This document shows, piece by piece, positions 1 through 10,384 of a stretch of 64,000 nucleotides of DNA; the first letter of the stretch is position 1; each line of letters opens with the position of its first letter. The notes under the pieces are model-generated. The model made no database searches, had not been told where the DNA came from, and saw only the letters and a list, made by a program, of their open reading frames with translations. A program made the position numbers and the translations under genes. The DNA is from an uncultured bacterium (lineage in GTDB: Bacteria; Margulisbacteria; WOR-1; CAVSGV01): assembly GCA_963768305.1 (NCBI GenBank), contig CAVYHE010000003.1:160001-224000 (forward strand), given 5' to 3'.

Positions 1-218
1 ACCAGCTGAGCCGCGATCGGACTGTCCTTTGAAATTGTTTTGATGATGTCGTTCTCTTTTTTCTTGCCGTAAATTATTGAATTGCAGTCTATCATCTCAA
101 AGAAAGCGAATTTCGCGCCGTGTTCCCGGCAGATGAGCCTGAACGGAAGGTCCGTTACGCCGGCCATCGGGGCAAGTATCACGTTAGATGGGAGAAGATA
201 TGAGCCGATTTTTACCAT
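1..218 (-). CDS. tRNA-dihydrouridine synthase (Dus family), 5' part, runs off the window edge
   Basis: Manual minus-strand translation from ATG at 218: MVKIGSYLLPSNVILAPMAGVTDLPFRLICREHGA...SPIAAQL; LAPMAGVTD is the Dus N-terminal motif. Confidence 0.9.
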   Translation of the reverse strand, partial: MVKIGSYLLPSNVILAPMAGVTDLPFRLICREHGAKFAFFEMIDCNSIIYGKKKENDIIKTISKDSPIAAQL

Positions 219-319
219 TTGTTTAATTATAGCATTTATTGATTTCAGAGATGACGATGATGAAGAGGGGGCAAAATTGAAAAAGGGTAGGGCGTATGAG
301 ATAATCATGAACGGTTTTT

Positions 320-406
320 GGAGAGGTGGCCGAGCGGTTTAAGGCGGTAGTCTTGAAAACTACTGTACTGGAAACAGTACCGGGGGTTCGAATCCCTCCC
401 TCTCCG
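320..406 (+). tRNA. tRNA-Ser(TGA)
   Basis: GGAGAGG acceptor, anticodon arm GTAGT-ctTGAaa-ACTAC, long variable arm, GGTTCGAATCC; CCA not encoded. Confidence 0.95.
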
Positions 407-433
407 ATTTCCTTAACAAAAGCCGGGGGAATA

Positions 434-995
434 ATGAAAAATAGCTTACAAGACTTCCCGCTCTCCAAAGTCTTCCATCTCATCGAGCCCGGGCCGGTAG
501 TGATGTTGACCACGGCCCAAAAAGGTCGCGCGAACGTCATGACCATGAGCTGGACCATGATGGTGGAATTCACTCCCGCTCTGATCGCCTGTGTCGTCAG
601 CCCCGCAGACTACAGCTACAAGGCGCTTATCTCGACGAAGGAATGCGTCGTCGCGATCCCCACCGTTGATATCATCAAAACGGTCATCGATGTCGGCAAT
701 TGTTCCGGCAAGGATATCGATAAGTTCAAAAGATTCAAACTGACGCCTCTTCCGGCCGCAAAGGTCTCCTGCTCCGCTCATCAAGGAATGCATTTACAAT
801 GTCGAATGCAAAGTGGTAGATGTTTCTTGGGCCGATAAGTACGCGATCTTCATGCTTGAGGCGGTCAAAGCCTGGGCCGATCCGAAAAGGAGAGAGCGCA
901 GGATGTTCCACGCCAATGGCGACGGCACTTTCGTCATGGACGGCAAAATGATCAACATGAAGAAGAGAATGGTGAAGTTCAAGGAACTGTTGTGA
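434..995 (+). CDS. Flavin reductase-like FMN-binding protein (one indel near 775-810)
   Basis: EPGPVVMLTT, NVMTMSW, GNCSG motifs in ORF 326..838 (real start ATG 434 after GGGGGA); C-terminus in ORF 813..995. Confidence 0.8.
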
Positions 996-1022
996 TATAA
1001 TATTAATCCAGGGTGAAATTTA

Positions 1023-1553
1023 ATGGAATCTGACCGGTCGGGGCAAGTTCCGGAGTCCAAGGTCCTGGTCCTGAACGCGACTTTTTTACCGATAAATATT
1101 TGCAGCTGGAAACGGGCTCTCATCCTTATTTTCAAGGGGAAAGCGGAAAGGATAGAGAACAGCAAAAAGTACGTGAACAGCGGGAAATACATCCTTCCGC
1201 TGGTGATAAAACTGAGGGAATACATCCCGCTGCCGTATAGCGGCGTCGTTTTTACAAGGCGGAATATTTTTTTAAGGGATAATTACACGTGCCAGTATTG
1301 CAAGAAAGGGACGAACCTGACCATAGATCATGTTGTCCCTACTTCGCGGGGCGGCGAGGATGTCTGGGAAAATGTCGTCACCTGCTGCGTAAGATGCAAT
1401 AACAAGAAGGGCGACAAGCTTCTGGAGGAAGCGAACATGAAGCTTGCCAATGTTCCGTACAGGCCGCCTTCCAGCCTGTACCTTCAGGTGACAAGGCAGA
1501 CAAAGGTCCCGGCAAGCTGGTTCTCGTATTTTTTCAGGAAATCGTGCCAGTAA
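1023..1553 (+). CDS. HNH endonuclease (McrA-like, zinc-binding)
   Basis: VLVLNATFLP, RRNIFLRDNYTCQYC, TIDHVVP, CCVRCNNKKG. Confidence 0.92.
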   Translation: MESDRSGQVPESKVLVLNATFLPINICSWKRALILIFKGKAERIENSKKYVNSGKYILPLVIKLREYIPLPYSGVVFTRRNIFLRDNYTCQYCKKGTNLTIDHVVPTSRGGEDVWENVVTCCVRCNNKKGDKLLEEANMKLANVPYRPPSSLYLQVTRQTKVPASWFSYFFRKSCQ

Positions 1554-1567
1554 TTGATTATTAGGAT

Positions 1568-1643
1568 GGCGCGGTAGCTCAGTCGGTAGAGCAGCGGCCT
1601 GAAAAGCCGCGTGTCGCCGGTTCGATTCCGGCCTGCGCCACCA
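1568..1643 (+). tRNA. tRNA-Phe(GAA)
   Basis: Cloverleaf, anticodon arm GCGGC-ctGAAaa-GCCGC, CCA encoded. Confidence 0.96.
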
Positions 1644-1777
1644 TTCTCCTTCGCCCTATGGGCTTCGGAGAATGGAATGACAAATGTCCAATGGCAAATG
1701 TCAAATTGGGGCATTTGGATCTTGGATTTAATTTGTCATTTGAAATTGGGATTTTGTCATTGCGAGCGTTAGCGAGC
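1641..1777. repeat. Hairpin plus inverted heptamer tandem repeats in the tRNA spacer
   Basis: CCATTCTCC/GGAGAATGG stem; AATGACA-AATGTCC-AATGGCA-AATGTCA run facing a TTTGTCA/TTGGGAT-type run. Confidence 0.65.
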
Positions 1778-1850
1778 GGGCCGGTAGCTCAGTTGGTAGA
1801 GCATTACACTTTTAATGTAAGGGTCCTGGGTTCGAATCCCAGCCGGCTCA
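1778..1850 (+). tRNA. tRNA-Lys(TTT)
   Basis: Cloverleaf, anticodon arm TTACA-ctTTTaa-TGTAA, GGTTCGAATCC. Confidence 0.96.
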
Positions 1851-1882
1851 TTTTTTCCAGATCTGCGGATCCTCAAAAGGAT

Positions 1883-4075
1883 TTATCTTATTAAGTGATC
1901 GATTGTGGCTGTCAATGTTCTTTCGCCATCGGGGATCTTCAAGATGGCCAGATTGAAAGCGTTCAACAGGGTCATGAAATTCACTATTGCATCGTCATCG
2001 GATTTGGCATATCTTTTCTTAAGGTTTTCATAATGTTGCGCGGCCATAGCCAGGACAGGCGAATACAGGACGGCGAGGATCGCCGCGGCCTCGTATAACT
2101 TTTGTATGCTTCCCAGGTCTTTTGCCGCGCATAATTCCCCCATGGATATTTGCGCTCTTTGCTGAGGGTCATTTAATATGTCGTCGGGGAGGTCCTTCAG
2201 GATATCCGCGGGTGAGAGTTTGCCTAAACCGCCCAACCAGGCCGGTCTGTACAGCCGGGATGATCCCTTTGCGAAATTTTCCAGCATTGCGACAGATTCA
2301 GTGAGCTTTTCGATCGCTTTGTTTATCATTCCGACGGTCGAAATATAATGCTCTCCGGCAGGATCTTCATTTGCCTTGAGAAAAGTTGCAAAAATAAAGA
2401 TCGATATGTTGTTATTCAGTTTATGCGCAATAACATCGATCAACTTCAGCAGGGGCGTGGGTTCCAGCGCAGGTAATTTAGGTTCTTGTCCGTTCATTGC
2501 TTTTTGGGGTTTCGCCTCTTCAGCGGGAATAAAGCCGGCTTTTATTTGCGCTGCCTTGTTCGCCCCCAAAAGGATCTGGGACAATGTTTGACTGTCCTTG
2601 GCGATGTACTGTGCCAGCCCCAGCTCGATAGTTCTTCGCAATTCTTCAGGTCCTGTCTCGGGCGGGGTTCCGCTCACTATAAATATGGGAGTTGTTCGGT
2701 CTTTGCGCCTTATGTGCAAGGCGAGTTCAACGCCGGTCATATTCGGCATGTTGTGATCGGTAAATATCGCGTCAGGATTTTCCCCCATGGAATTTATCAT
2801 CGCCACCGCATCTTTGCCGTCCACCGCGGTCTTCACATTGTAGCCGGCGGCCTCGAGAAAGTCCTTTATCATTGACCTTGCCGCTTCATTATCATCAACT
2901 ACAAGTATCGTTACGCCGCCCGCTATTTCCTTGTTTGTCTTAGGTACTATGACGACCGCAACCTCTTCCTTCTCCGGGATCTCTTTCGGAAAAGCTTCTT
3001 CCTCCTTTTCCTTCGTGAGCATTTTACCGGCATAATCGGCGGAAAGTTTCACGAGTTCATTGATCCTCTCCGACATTTGATCCACGGAAAGTTTTATGCC
3101 GTTTATGTTCTTGTCCAGGACCGCGAAGCTCTCATCTAATGCCTTATTGACCTTGTCGGCGGTCAGGTCCTTGCCTGATCCTATGATCAATCCGATTTTT
3201 TTCAGCTCTTCGGCTATGTTCGATATTTTACCGGGGTCGAATATCTCAAGGTTTTCAAGTATTTTGGAAACATCATGCGTCAGGCCCTCAATTGATATTG
3301 CCATATTGCTCGATTTGCCTCTTTTTGTGCCGGCAAAGTGCTCCAGTTTTAAAAGGACGTCGTCGATCTTTTTCTGGTGCGTGAACATTTCTTCGCAAGG
3401 CGCCAGGAAGGTCTGCTCTTTGAGTTTTTTAAGTTCGGATATGATCGAAGCAGATACGGGTTTTTGGCCCACAATCTCCGCCGTGCGCAGCGAGTACACC
3501 TGCACTTTCAGGTCATGGACGATCTTCGAGGTCCGGTCCACAAGGCCGCTCAAACAGAACAGGGGATTCTTTATTCTGTCGGAAGCGTAGTTCGCAAGCT
3601 CCCGCCTGGTATTGATCTTGGGCAGATCCAGTTCTTCAAAGTTCATTTTCGCCCATTCAACGATGCTGACCCCGTTCTTCGCAAGTGTATCGCGGGACCC
3701 TTCTAATCCATCGAGTATAAGCGCGTTCATGCTTTCAGATAGTCTTTCCGTTAAGTTTTTTTCGTTCATTATTCCGCCTTTAACGTCTGGACTTATCATT
3801 AGCTTGAGGGGGTTCTCGGGGAGAAGTACTTCTGGCGAGTTCACGCCCTCTTTCTGCGCATAAAGTACGTGTCTCAGCGCTAGGCCTAACTCTGGGCATC
3901 CCAGATTCTCGGGCTTGCCTTCGGCTTGAAGTATCAATCCATTCGGGGTCGCATCTAAAATGCCGCGACCGCCGGACATGATGATCCTTTTCGCTATCAT
4001 GCTGCTGCAATCGGCGATGTATTTATGGACCCCGGAATTATGATTAATATGTGGTATTTTCCCAGGTTCACCCAA
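1883..4075 (-). CDS. Large orphan protein with central response-regulator receiver domain
   Basis: 730-aa ORF, TTG start after GGAGGG; REC motifs ILVVDD, FTDHNMPNMTG, IFIVSG, YIAK; flanks unrecognised. Confidence 0.8.
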   Translation of the reverse strand: MGEPGKIPHINHNSGVHKYIADCSSMIAKRIIMSGGRGILDATPNGLILQAEGKPENLGCPELGLALRHVLYAQKEGVNSPEVLLPENPLKLMISPDVKGGIMNEKNLTERLSESMNALILDGLEGSRDTLAKNGVSIVEWAKMNFEELDLPKINTRRELANYASDRIKNPLFCLSGLVDRTSKIVHDLKVQVYSLRTAEIVGQKPVSASIISELKKLKEQTFLAPCEEMFTHQKKIDDVLLKLEHFAGTKRGKSSNMAISIEGLTHDVSKILENLEIFDPGKISNIAEELKKIGLIIGSGKDLTADKVNKALDESFAVLDKNINGIKLSVDQMSERINELVKLSADYAGKMLTKEKEEEAFPKEIPEKEEVAVVIVPKTNKEIAGGVTILVVDDNEAARSMIKDFLEAAGYNVKTAVDGKDAVAMINSMGENPDAIFTDHNMPNMTGVELALHIRRKDRTTPIFIVSGTPPETGPEELRRTIELGLAQYIAKDSQTLSQILLGANKAAQIKAGFIPAEEAKPQKAMNGQEPKLPALEPTPLLKLIDVIAHKLNNNISIFIFATFLKANEDPAGEHYISTVGMINKAIEKLTESVAMLENFAKGSSRLYRPAWLGGLGKLSPADILKDLPDDILNDPQQRAQISMGELCAAKDLGSIQKLYEAAAILAVLYSPVLAMAAQHYENLKKRYAKSDDDAIVNFMTLLNAFNLAILKIPDGERTLTATIDHLIR

Positions 4076-4095
4076 AGGATATCCCTCCTATATAT

Positions 4096-4123
4096 ATATC
4101 GTCAATATCAAGAGGGAATTTCA
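4096..4123 (-). promoter_or_regulatory. Putative sigma-28-like promoter TGAAA-N15-GACGATAT
   Basis: Resembles TAAA-N15-GCCGATAA; same boxes and spacing recur at 18377-18404. Confidence 0.6.
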
Positions 4124-5286
4124 GATGATCTTAAAAGATCAGTCTTTTGAGAGGACTTTAGAAGCTTCCGGTGCAGCATGAAATTCGAAGTGTCCAGGGT
4201 CCTGTAGAACCTTTTTTCGCCGGTCCTCAGGACCTTGATGATATTTTCCATGCCCGGCGCGTCCGAATCCCTGCGGAACATTTCATGGTCAAATATCCTG
4301 TATATTCCGTCGGGAACAAGCGCGCCCGCGACGCTCTTGTATGTCCAGTAGCTCCACGACCAGCCGAATTCCCTGAAAATGCCGAGCGCGTGCTCCACCC
4401 ACTTAAGCTCGCTGTTGCAAACGGGGCACCTGCTCGCGACGCCGAATTCGCCCACAAGAACGGGGACATTGTCCCTGTTCTGGATATCGCGGAACCGCTT
4501 CAGGTGATCTTTCAATTCTTTTTTGCCGGGGCAGCAGAGCAGGGGGTCCCAGTTGAAAGTGAAATTCACTGGCACATAAAAATGAATGCTCCAGGCGAAA
4601 TTATCGTCCTTCGGTTTTTTTATGCCCTTGAAATCCGCCGCCCAGTTGTTCGGCTCGATGAAAAGGATGTGGTTGTCGCCGTTCTTGCGGATCACATTGA
4701 TGATCTTCAAATACAAGCTTATTGAGCTTGCCGACGTTTATCTGTGACCGGTTCATTAAGTATGTCGTAGCCGGCGATCGTCGATTCATTCTTGTACCTT
4801 TTTGAGATCTTGTCCCATAAGTTCACGGTCTGCCTGACGAATTTATCGTTCTCCCATAGGCCTGCTGTTCCGTCCGAGTCGCTGTGCCAGTCGCGATTCT
4901 GGGAGCCCGGCGCCGCGTGAAGGTCAAGTATCAGATAAACTTTATATTTTCTGAACCATCCGACTATCTTATCAAGAAGTTTGAAACCGTCTTTTTTGTC
5001 CAATACCCTGTGATTGATCGGCAATCGGGCGCAGTTGAAACCGAGCTTTTTGATGCGTGCGACATCGTCTTCATTGAAAAAATGCTTTTGGAATTCAGAA
5101 GTGAAATCGCTCGAGTTTTGCCTTTCCGTAAAGGGACCTGATCTTGTTCTTGAATACATGTTCGGGAATGTTCTTTCCGCCGAGCATGTAGCCTTCCATC
5201 ATCAGCCATCCGCCTATGCCGATGGATCGCAGGACCACTTCCCGTCCTTTTTCATCGACTATCTTTTTTCCACGGGTTTTCAGCAT
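4108..5286 (-). CDS. Glycoside hydrolase family 5 (at least two indels; true stop may be near 4139)
   Basis: GGWLMMEGY, ILDLHAAPGSQ, YDILNEP (acid/base), VGEFG (nucleophile) spread over three ORF pieces. Confidence 0.88.
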
Positions 5287-5338
5287 TATTTTTATACTAG
5301 CAAAGCATGCATCTATTGTCTATAATATAAAAGTTCTT

Positions 5339-5417
5339 GGGCCCGTAGTGTAGCCTGGTCTAACACGTCTGCCTGTCACGCAGAAGATCGAGGGTTCAAA
5401 TCCCTTCGGGCCCGCCA
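5339..5417 (+). tRNA. tRNA-Asp(GTC)
   Basis: Cloverleaf, anticodon arm TCTGC-ctGTCac-GCAGA, CCA encoded. Confidence 0.96.
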
Positions 5418-5448
5418 GACTCCAAAAAACAGGAGGCGGCGGAATTTC

Positions 5449-5936
5449 ATGAAAAGAACGATATTGTTCATGTCTGATTTATTTGGTTGCATCGGCCGCA
5501 TTTGCTTTAGCAGCGCCGCTCCGACTTCAAATAAAGCCCCGGATTTCACATTAAAGAACCTTGCCGGGAAGGACATTTCCTTGAAGTCATTTCAGGGAAA
5601 GACCGTCATGCTGGTGTTCTTTCAGACATGTGCCCCGCCTGCCAGGGAGAAATGCCGCAACTGAATTCCGTTTACAGAAAGCTCAACTGCAAAAGATTTC
5701 GAGATGCTCGGCGTCAGACATAAGGGAAATCCGCGCATTATGTATCGTCATTTGCAAGCGAAAACAAGATAGTTTTTCCGGTCCTTCTGGATGAACGAGG
5801 CGATGCCGCGAATGCTTATAAGGTCAGGTTCATTCCGAGCATTTTCATCGTTGATAAGGCGGGAAAGATCGTTTTCCGTTCGCATTATCTTCCGGCAGGG
5901 GACATAGAAAAGGAGATAAAAAAGGCGGTCAAATGA
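5449..5936 (+). CDS. TlpA/ResA-family thiol:disulfide oxidoreductase (several indels)
   Basis: KAPDFTLKNLAG, restorable WCPAC motif at about 5628-5642, YKVRFIPSIFIVDKAG near the end; overlaps ccdA start (ATGA). Confidence 0.8.
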
Positions 5937-6640
5937 ATTTATTCGTCGCCTTTCTCGCGGGCATCCTCACTTTTTTCACTCCCTGCGTTTTCCCTTTGAT
6001 CCCGTCGTATATCGCATATGTCACTGGCTTTTCCATTGATGAGCTTTCCCGTGGGGACAGAAAGCTCGTATTGAGAAAATCGATAATGGGAACGCTTGCG
6101 TTCATTTCCGGCTTCTCGATCATATTTATCCTTCTTGGTTTTTCCGCTTCATACGCAGGCAGCCTGATATTCAACTTCCAGAATTATCTCAGGATCATCG
6201 GCGGGGCGCTGATAATCTTTTTCGGCCTGGTCATGACCGGTGCTTTTCATTTCAGGTTCTTGGAGATCGAGAAACGGTTCAATCTGAAGACCAAGCCCTC
6301 CGGCTACTGGGGAGCGCTTATTCTTGGGATGACTTTTGCGGCGGGGTGGGTGCCGTGCGTCGGGCCTATTTTATCGTCGATCTTAACGATCGCTTCCACG
6401 GTCGGTTCAAGATTATTCGGAGGGTTGTTGTTATTCTTCTATTGTCTTGGGCTGGGGTTACCGATACTTATTTCCGCGATAGCTTTCAATTATTTTCTGA
6501 CTTTCTATAAGAATATCGTTAAGCATTTAAGGGTTATTTCGATCGCAAGCGGCGTGATATTGATCTTCATTGGTATGTTGCTTATGACCGACAATCTTTC
6601 TTCGATCACGAATGGCATCGAATATCTCCTGAAGCGCTGA
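5933..6640 (+). CDS. ccdA: Cytochrome c biogenesis protein CcdA
   Basis: AFLAGILTFFTPCVFPLIP and GWVPCVGPILSSIL motifs; hydrophobic. Confidence 0.92.
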   Translation: MNLFVAFLAGILTFFTPCVFPLIPSYIAYVTGFSIDELSRGDRKLVLRKSIMGTLAFISGFSIIFILLGFSASYAGSLIFNFQNYLRIIGGALIIFFGLVMTGAFHFRFLEIEKRFNLKTKPSGYWGALILGMTFAAGWVPCVGPILSSILTIASTVGSRLFGGLLLFFYCLGLGLPILISAIAFNYFLTFYKNIVKHLRVISIASGVILIFIGMLLMTDNLSSITNGIEYLLKR

Positions 6641-6705
6641 TCCAATGTAATGGACCAGTACAGATTCTTTCCAACAGCAGGAAAAAATGATAAAATAGCT
6701 TTGAA

Positions 6706-8990
6706 ATGAATCCGCAGAATATCGAGATAACCGACAAGATCATTGCTGAACACGGCCTTACAAAGGATGAATTTGCCAGGATAGTCAAAACCCTCGGAAG
6801 ACGGCCGAACTTAGTCGAACTGGGCATGTATTCGGTCCTCTGGAGCGAACACTGTTCATATAAAAGCTCAAAGGGATATCTCAAAGAAATTCCCGCACAA
6901 AGTCCCCAAGGGTCCTTGCCGGCCCGGGCGAGAATTCCGGGATAGTGGACATCGGCGACGGGCTCGCCATTTCAATGAAAATAGAATCCCATAACCATCC
7001 GAGCGCAGTTGAACCTTATCAGGGAGCCGCAACGGGAGTAGGCGGCATTGTCAGGGATATTTTCACGATGGGAGCGCGCCCCATAGCAGGCCTCAATTCA
7101 TTACGATTCGGACCGCTTTCAAATCAAAGGAACCGGTATTTATTCGGCGGAGTTGTTTCTGGCATAGCCGGGTACGGGAACTGCCTCGGTCTTCCCACAG
7201 TTGCCGGTGAGGTTTATTTTGATGACTGCTATACGGGAAATTGCCTGGTCAATGCGATGTGCGCGGGCATAGTAAGGATCGATGGAAAAGTTGCCAAAGG
7301 ACATGAATCTACGGAGATCGGCCCGAGGATAGTCAAAGCTATCGCCGAAGGCCCGGGAAATTCGGTTTTGTATGTTGGCTCCTCCACAGGACGCGACGGG
7401 ATCCATGGCGCCACTTTCGCGTCAGTTGAACTCTCTGAGGAATCCGAATCTCGCAGGTCGAACGTTCAGATAGGGGACCCATTCACCGAAAAATCACTGA
7501 TCGAAGCATGTCTTGAAGCTCTGACGAACGACGATGTTGTTGGAATGCAGGATATGGGCGCGGCAGGGCTGACCTGTTCAACATCTGAAATGGCGTCCAA
7601 GGCGGGAACAGGTATGGATGTCGAAATATCGCTGGTTCCCCAAAGAGAAGAAGACATGACGCCGTACGAGATCATGCTTTCCGAATCCCAGGAAAGAATG
7701 CTCCTTGTGGTTAAACCGGGCACGGAAGAAAATGTCATCAAGATATTCAATAAATGGGGACTGAAATGCGTCAATATCGGCAAGGTCACCGGCGATGGCA
7801 TTGTAAGGGTCAGGATGAACGGCGAAATCGTCGCGGATGTCCCGGCGAGATCGCTTGCTGACGAAGGTCCCGTTTGCGAAAGGCCGGTCGAAAAACCCGC
7901 TTACATCGATAAAGTCCAATCTTATAAGCCCGGTAAGATCAAAGCTTCAGGCGATCACAATAAGGTATTACTTCAGCTTTTAAGCTCTCCCGATATTGCT
8001 AATAAAAAATGGGTCTATGAACAGTATGACCACATGGTCCAGACGAATACGGTCGTTCTTCCCGGCGCGGCGGATGCGGCAGTTTTAAGGATAAAAGGAT
8101 ACGGGAAAGCGATATCGCTGACGACCGACGGCAACGGCAGGTACTGCTACCTAGATCCGTATTCCGGCGGAATGACGGCCGTTTGCGAGGCCGCGAGAAA
8201 TGTCGTATGCACAGGAGCGGAACCCATTGCGCTTACGAATTGTCTTAATTTCGGCAATCCCGAAAAGCCGGAAGTTATGTGGCAGTTCAAGGAAGTGATC
8301 GACGGAATGATAAGTGCCTGCAAGGCTTTTGACGTTCCCGTAATTTCCGGAAACGTGAGCTTTTATAACGAGAACAACGGCATCGCGGTATACCCGACGC
8401 CTGTCGTCGGCATGCTCGGATTGATAGACGCGAAAAGCGAAAATGAGATCAATTACTGCACGATGGACCTCAAGAATAAAGGCGATTTGATAATTTTGCT
8501 CGGCAATAATGGTGAAGAATTAGGCGGCAGCGAATACTTGAAGATCATTCATGGAAAGGTCGCGGGGCGCCCTCCGGAGATAGATCTTAACAGTGAAAAG
8601 AGCGTTCAGCGGACCTGTCTGGAAGCTATACGGCTCGGCTTGGTAAAATCAGCTCACGACATTTCGGAGGGCGGGCTGGCAGTTTCTATTTCGGAAAGCT
8701 GTATCACAGGCGGGATCGGAGCGATGCTTTATCTGACGGATGACCTTGATCCTGTGCCGCTGCTTTTCTCGGAGACCCAATCCCGCATAATAGTTTCGAT
8801 ATCCCCTGGCGATCTCTTTTTATTCGAAAAGATCGCTGATAAGCATAGAGTGAATTTTGAAGTGATAGGCAAGGTGGGAGGCAAAAACCTGATAATTAAA
8901 AAAGGCAAAAAAAGCTTTATTGATATTCCCGCTCAGGAGTTAATCGGCGCATATTACGGAGCCATTGAAAAAAGCATGGAAACCAGATAA
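6706..8990 (+). CDS. purL: Phosphoribosylformylglycinamidine synthase subunit PurL (indels near 6890-6945)
   Basis: [44 protein letters not shown]. Confidence 0.96.
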
Positions 8991-9614
8991 ATGGATGCCG
9001 CCGGAGCGATAATTGTACTTATATTTGTTATCACGATCTTCTCGGCCTCGACCGGCGGAAGGATAGCTGTCCCCGGGACCGGCGGCAACGAAGCCCATGT
9101 CCCCGTCTATGCCAACCTGAACGTTGATGCTGTTCCGGAGCCTTCTTACGCATCTGTGGCTGCAGATGATCCCCAGGGAAAGATAGAGCAATTCATTTTA
9201 AAATTCAACAAGAACACTTCTTATTGGGATGCGAATCTCATGGCCTCCAGCATGGTCAAATACGGAAGCATGTATGACGTGAACCCAAAATTGATATGCG
9301 CGCTTATCGCTAGGGAATCGGGCTTCAATCCAAGGTCCGTTTCCCCGACGGGCGCCGTCGGGCTGGGCCAGCTATTGCCGACGACTTCCACGGCGCTGGA
9401 GGTCGAGGACCGTTTTGACCCGGATCAAAATATAAAAGGCACTACCCGATATATCAGGTTTTTATGCGATAAGTGGAAATCGCATCCCCAGCAGGTGCCT
9501 CTAGCGCTGGCGTCATATCTGGAAGGGCACGGCGCCATTTCGAGGAACGGCGGCTACAGCACAAAAACAAAAGAGTATGTTGAAGATATCATAAGAATAT
9601 ACTGGCGCATTTGA
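8991..9614 (+). CDS. Membrane-anchored lytic transglycosylase (SLT domain)
   Basis: ARESGFNP, GAVGLGQLLP, DPDQNI motifs; N-terminal hydrophobic segment. Confidence 0.9.
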   Translation: MDAAGAIIVLIFVITIFSASTGGRIAVPGTGGNEAHVPVYANLNVDAVPEPSYASVAADDPQGKIEQFILKFNKNTSYWDANLMASSMVKYGSMYDVNPKLICALIARESGFNPRSVSPTGAVGLGQLLPTTSTALEVEDRFDPDQNIKGTTRYIRFLCDKWKSHPQQVPLALASYLEGHGAISRNGGYSTKTKEYVEDIIRIYWRI

Positions 9615-9769
9615 TATTGTTGTAGCCGTATTCGACATTTATAGTTGATTTCGTCAATTCCCCCTCGATTTCCCATACATATTTCCGGCAATAAAATTGC
9701 TATTCTGTAAAGTCAAAAGGCAAACGCAACTTTTTACTTTTACATTTTTATTTTAAAGGGGGTCTGTGG

Positions 9770-10384
9770 ATGCCGGATATTTCAAAAGAGCAGCTTTATA
9801 TCATTATTGGGATTATGGTAATGATTTTGATCGGCTGTGTGATCGGGGTTTACAACCAAAATACCTCAGCAAGACAACTTTCACCGCAAGCATCACCGAC
9901 CATTCAATTGGACATTAAGCCTAAAAAACCGCTTCAAGCCGCCATTTATTTGCATATTAGCGGCGCTGTGGCGAGAGAAGGAATATATAAAATGGAAGTT
10001 GGCGACAGGATCATTGATCTTCTCAAATTATCCGGGGTTTTATCTAACGCTGACCTGGACAGCATAAATCTTGCAGAACCGCTCTCTGACGGAGAGAAAA
10101 TATATGTGCCAAACAATGTTGATAAGCCATTAACAGGCGGACAATCAACTAAAGCTGCTGCTTCTGCGAAAGTATCCGGCGGATCGAACACCAAAATAAA
10201 TATCAATATAGCGGATGAGAAAGCCCTGGATGGACTTCCGGGCATAGGACCGGTCATGGCCAGAAAGATAGTGGATTATCGGAAGGATAACGGCAGATTT
10301 TTTGATATTGAAGATCTGAAAAATGTGCCTGGAATATCAGAAAAGAAATATGACGGTCTTAAAGACAGGATCACGGTATATTAA
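9770..10384 (+). CDS. comEA: Competence DNA receptor ComEA
   Basis: TM anchor, SLBB-like (HISGAV...INLA...DGEKIYVP) and helix-hairpin-helix (ININIA, LPGIGP) domains. Confidence 0.93.
   Translation: MPDISKEQLYIIIGIMVMILIGCVIGVYNQNTSARQLSPQASPTIQLDIKPKKPLQAAIYLHISGAVAREGIYKMEVGDRIIDLLKLSGVLSNADLDSINLAEPLSDGEKIYVPNNVDKPLTGGQSTKAAASAKVSGGSNTKININIADEKALDGLPGIGPVMARKIVDYRKDNGRFFDIEDLKNVPGISEKKYDGLKDRITVY

Noticed and set aside
326..433. N-terminal extension of ORF 326..838
   Set aside because: It overlaps tRNA-Ser; the real start is ATG 434
1675..1762. Repeats as a CRISPR array
   Set aside because: Units are 7 bp and degenerate, with no spacers and no cas genes
9700..9750. AAAGGCAAAC upstream of comEA as a c-di-GMP-I riboswitch
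   Set aside because: The rest of the motif and second stem are missing; only a weak AT-rich hairpin
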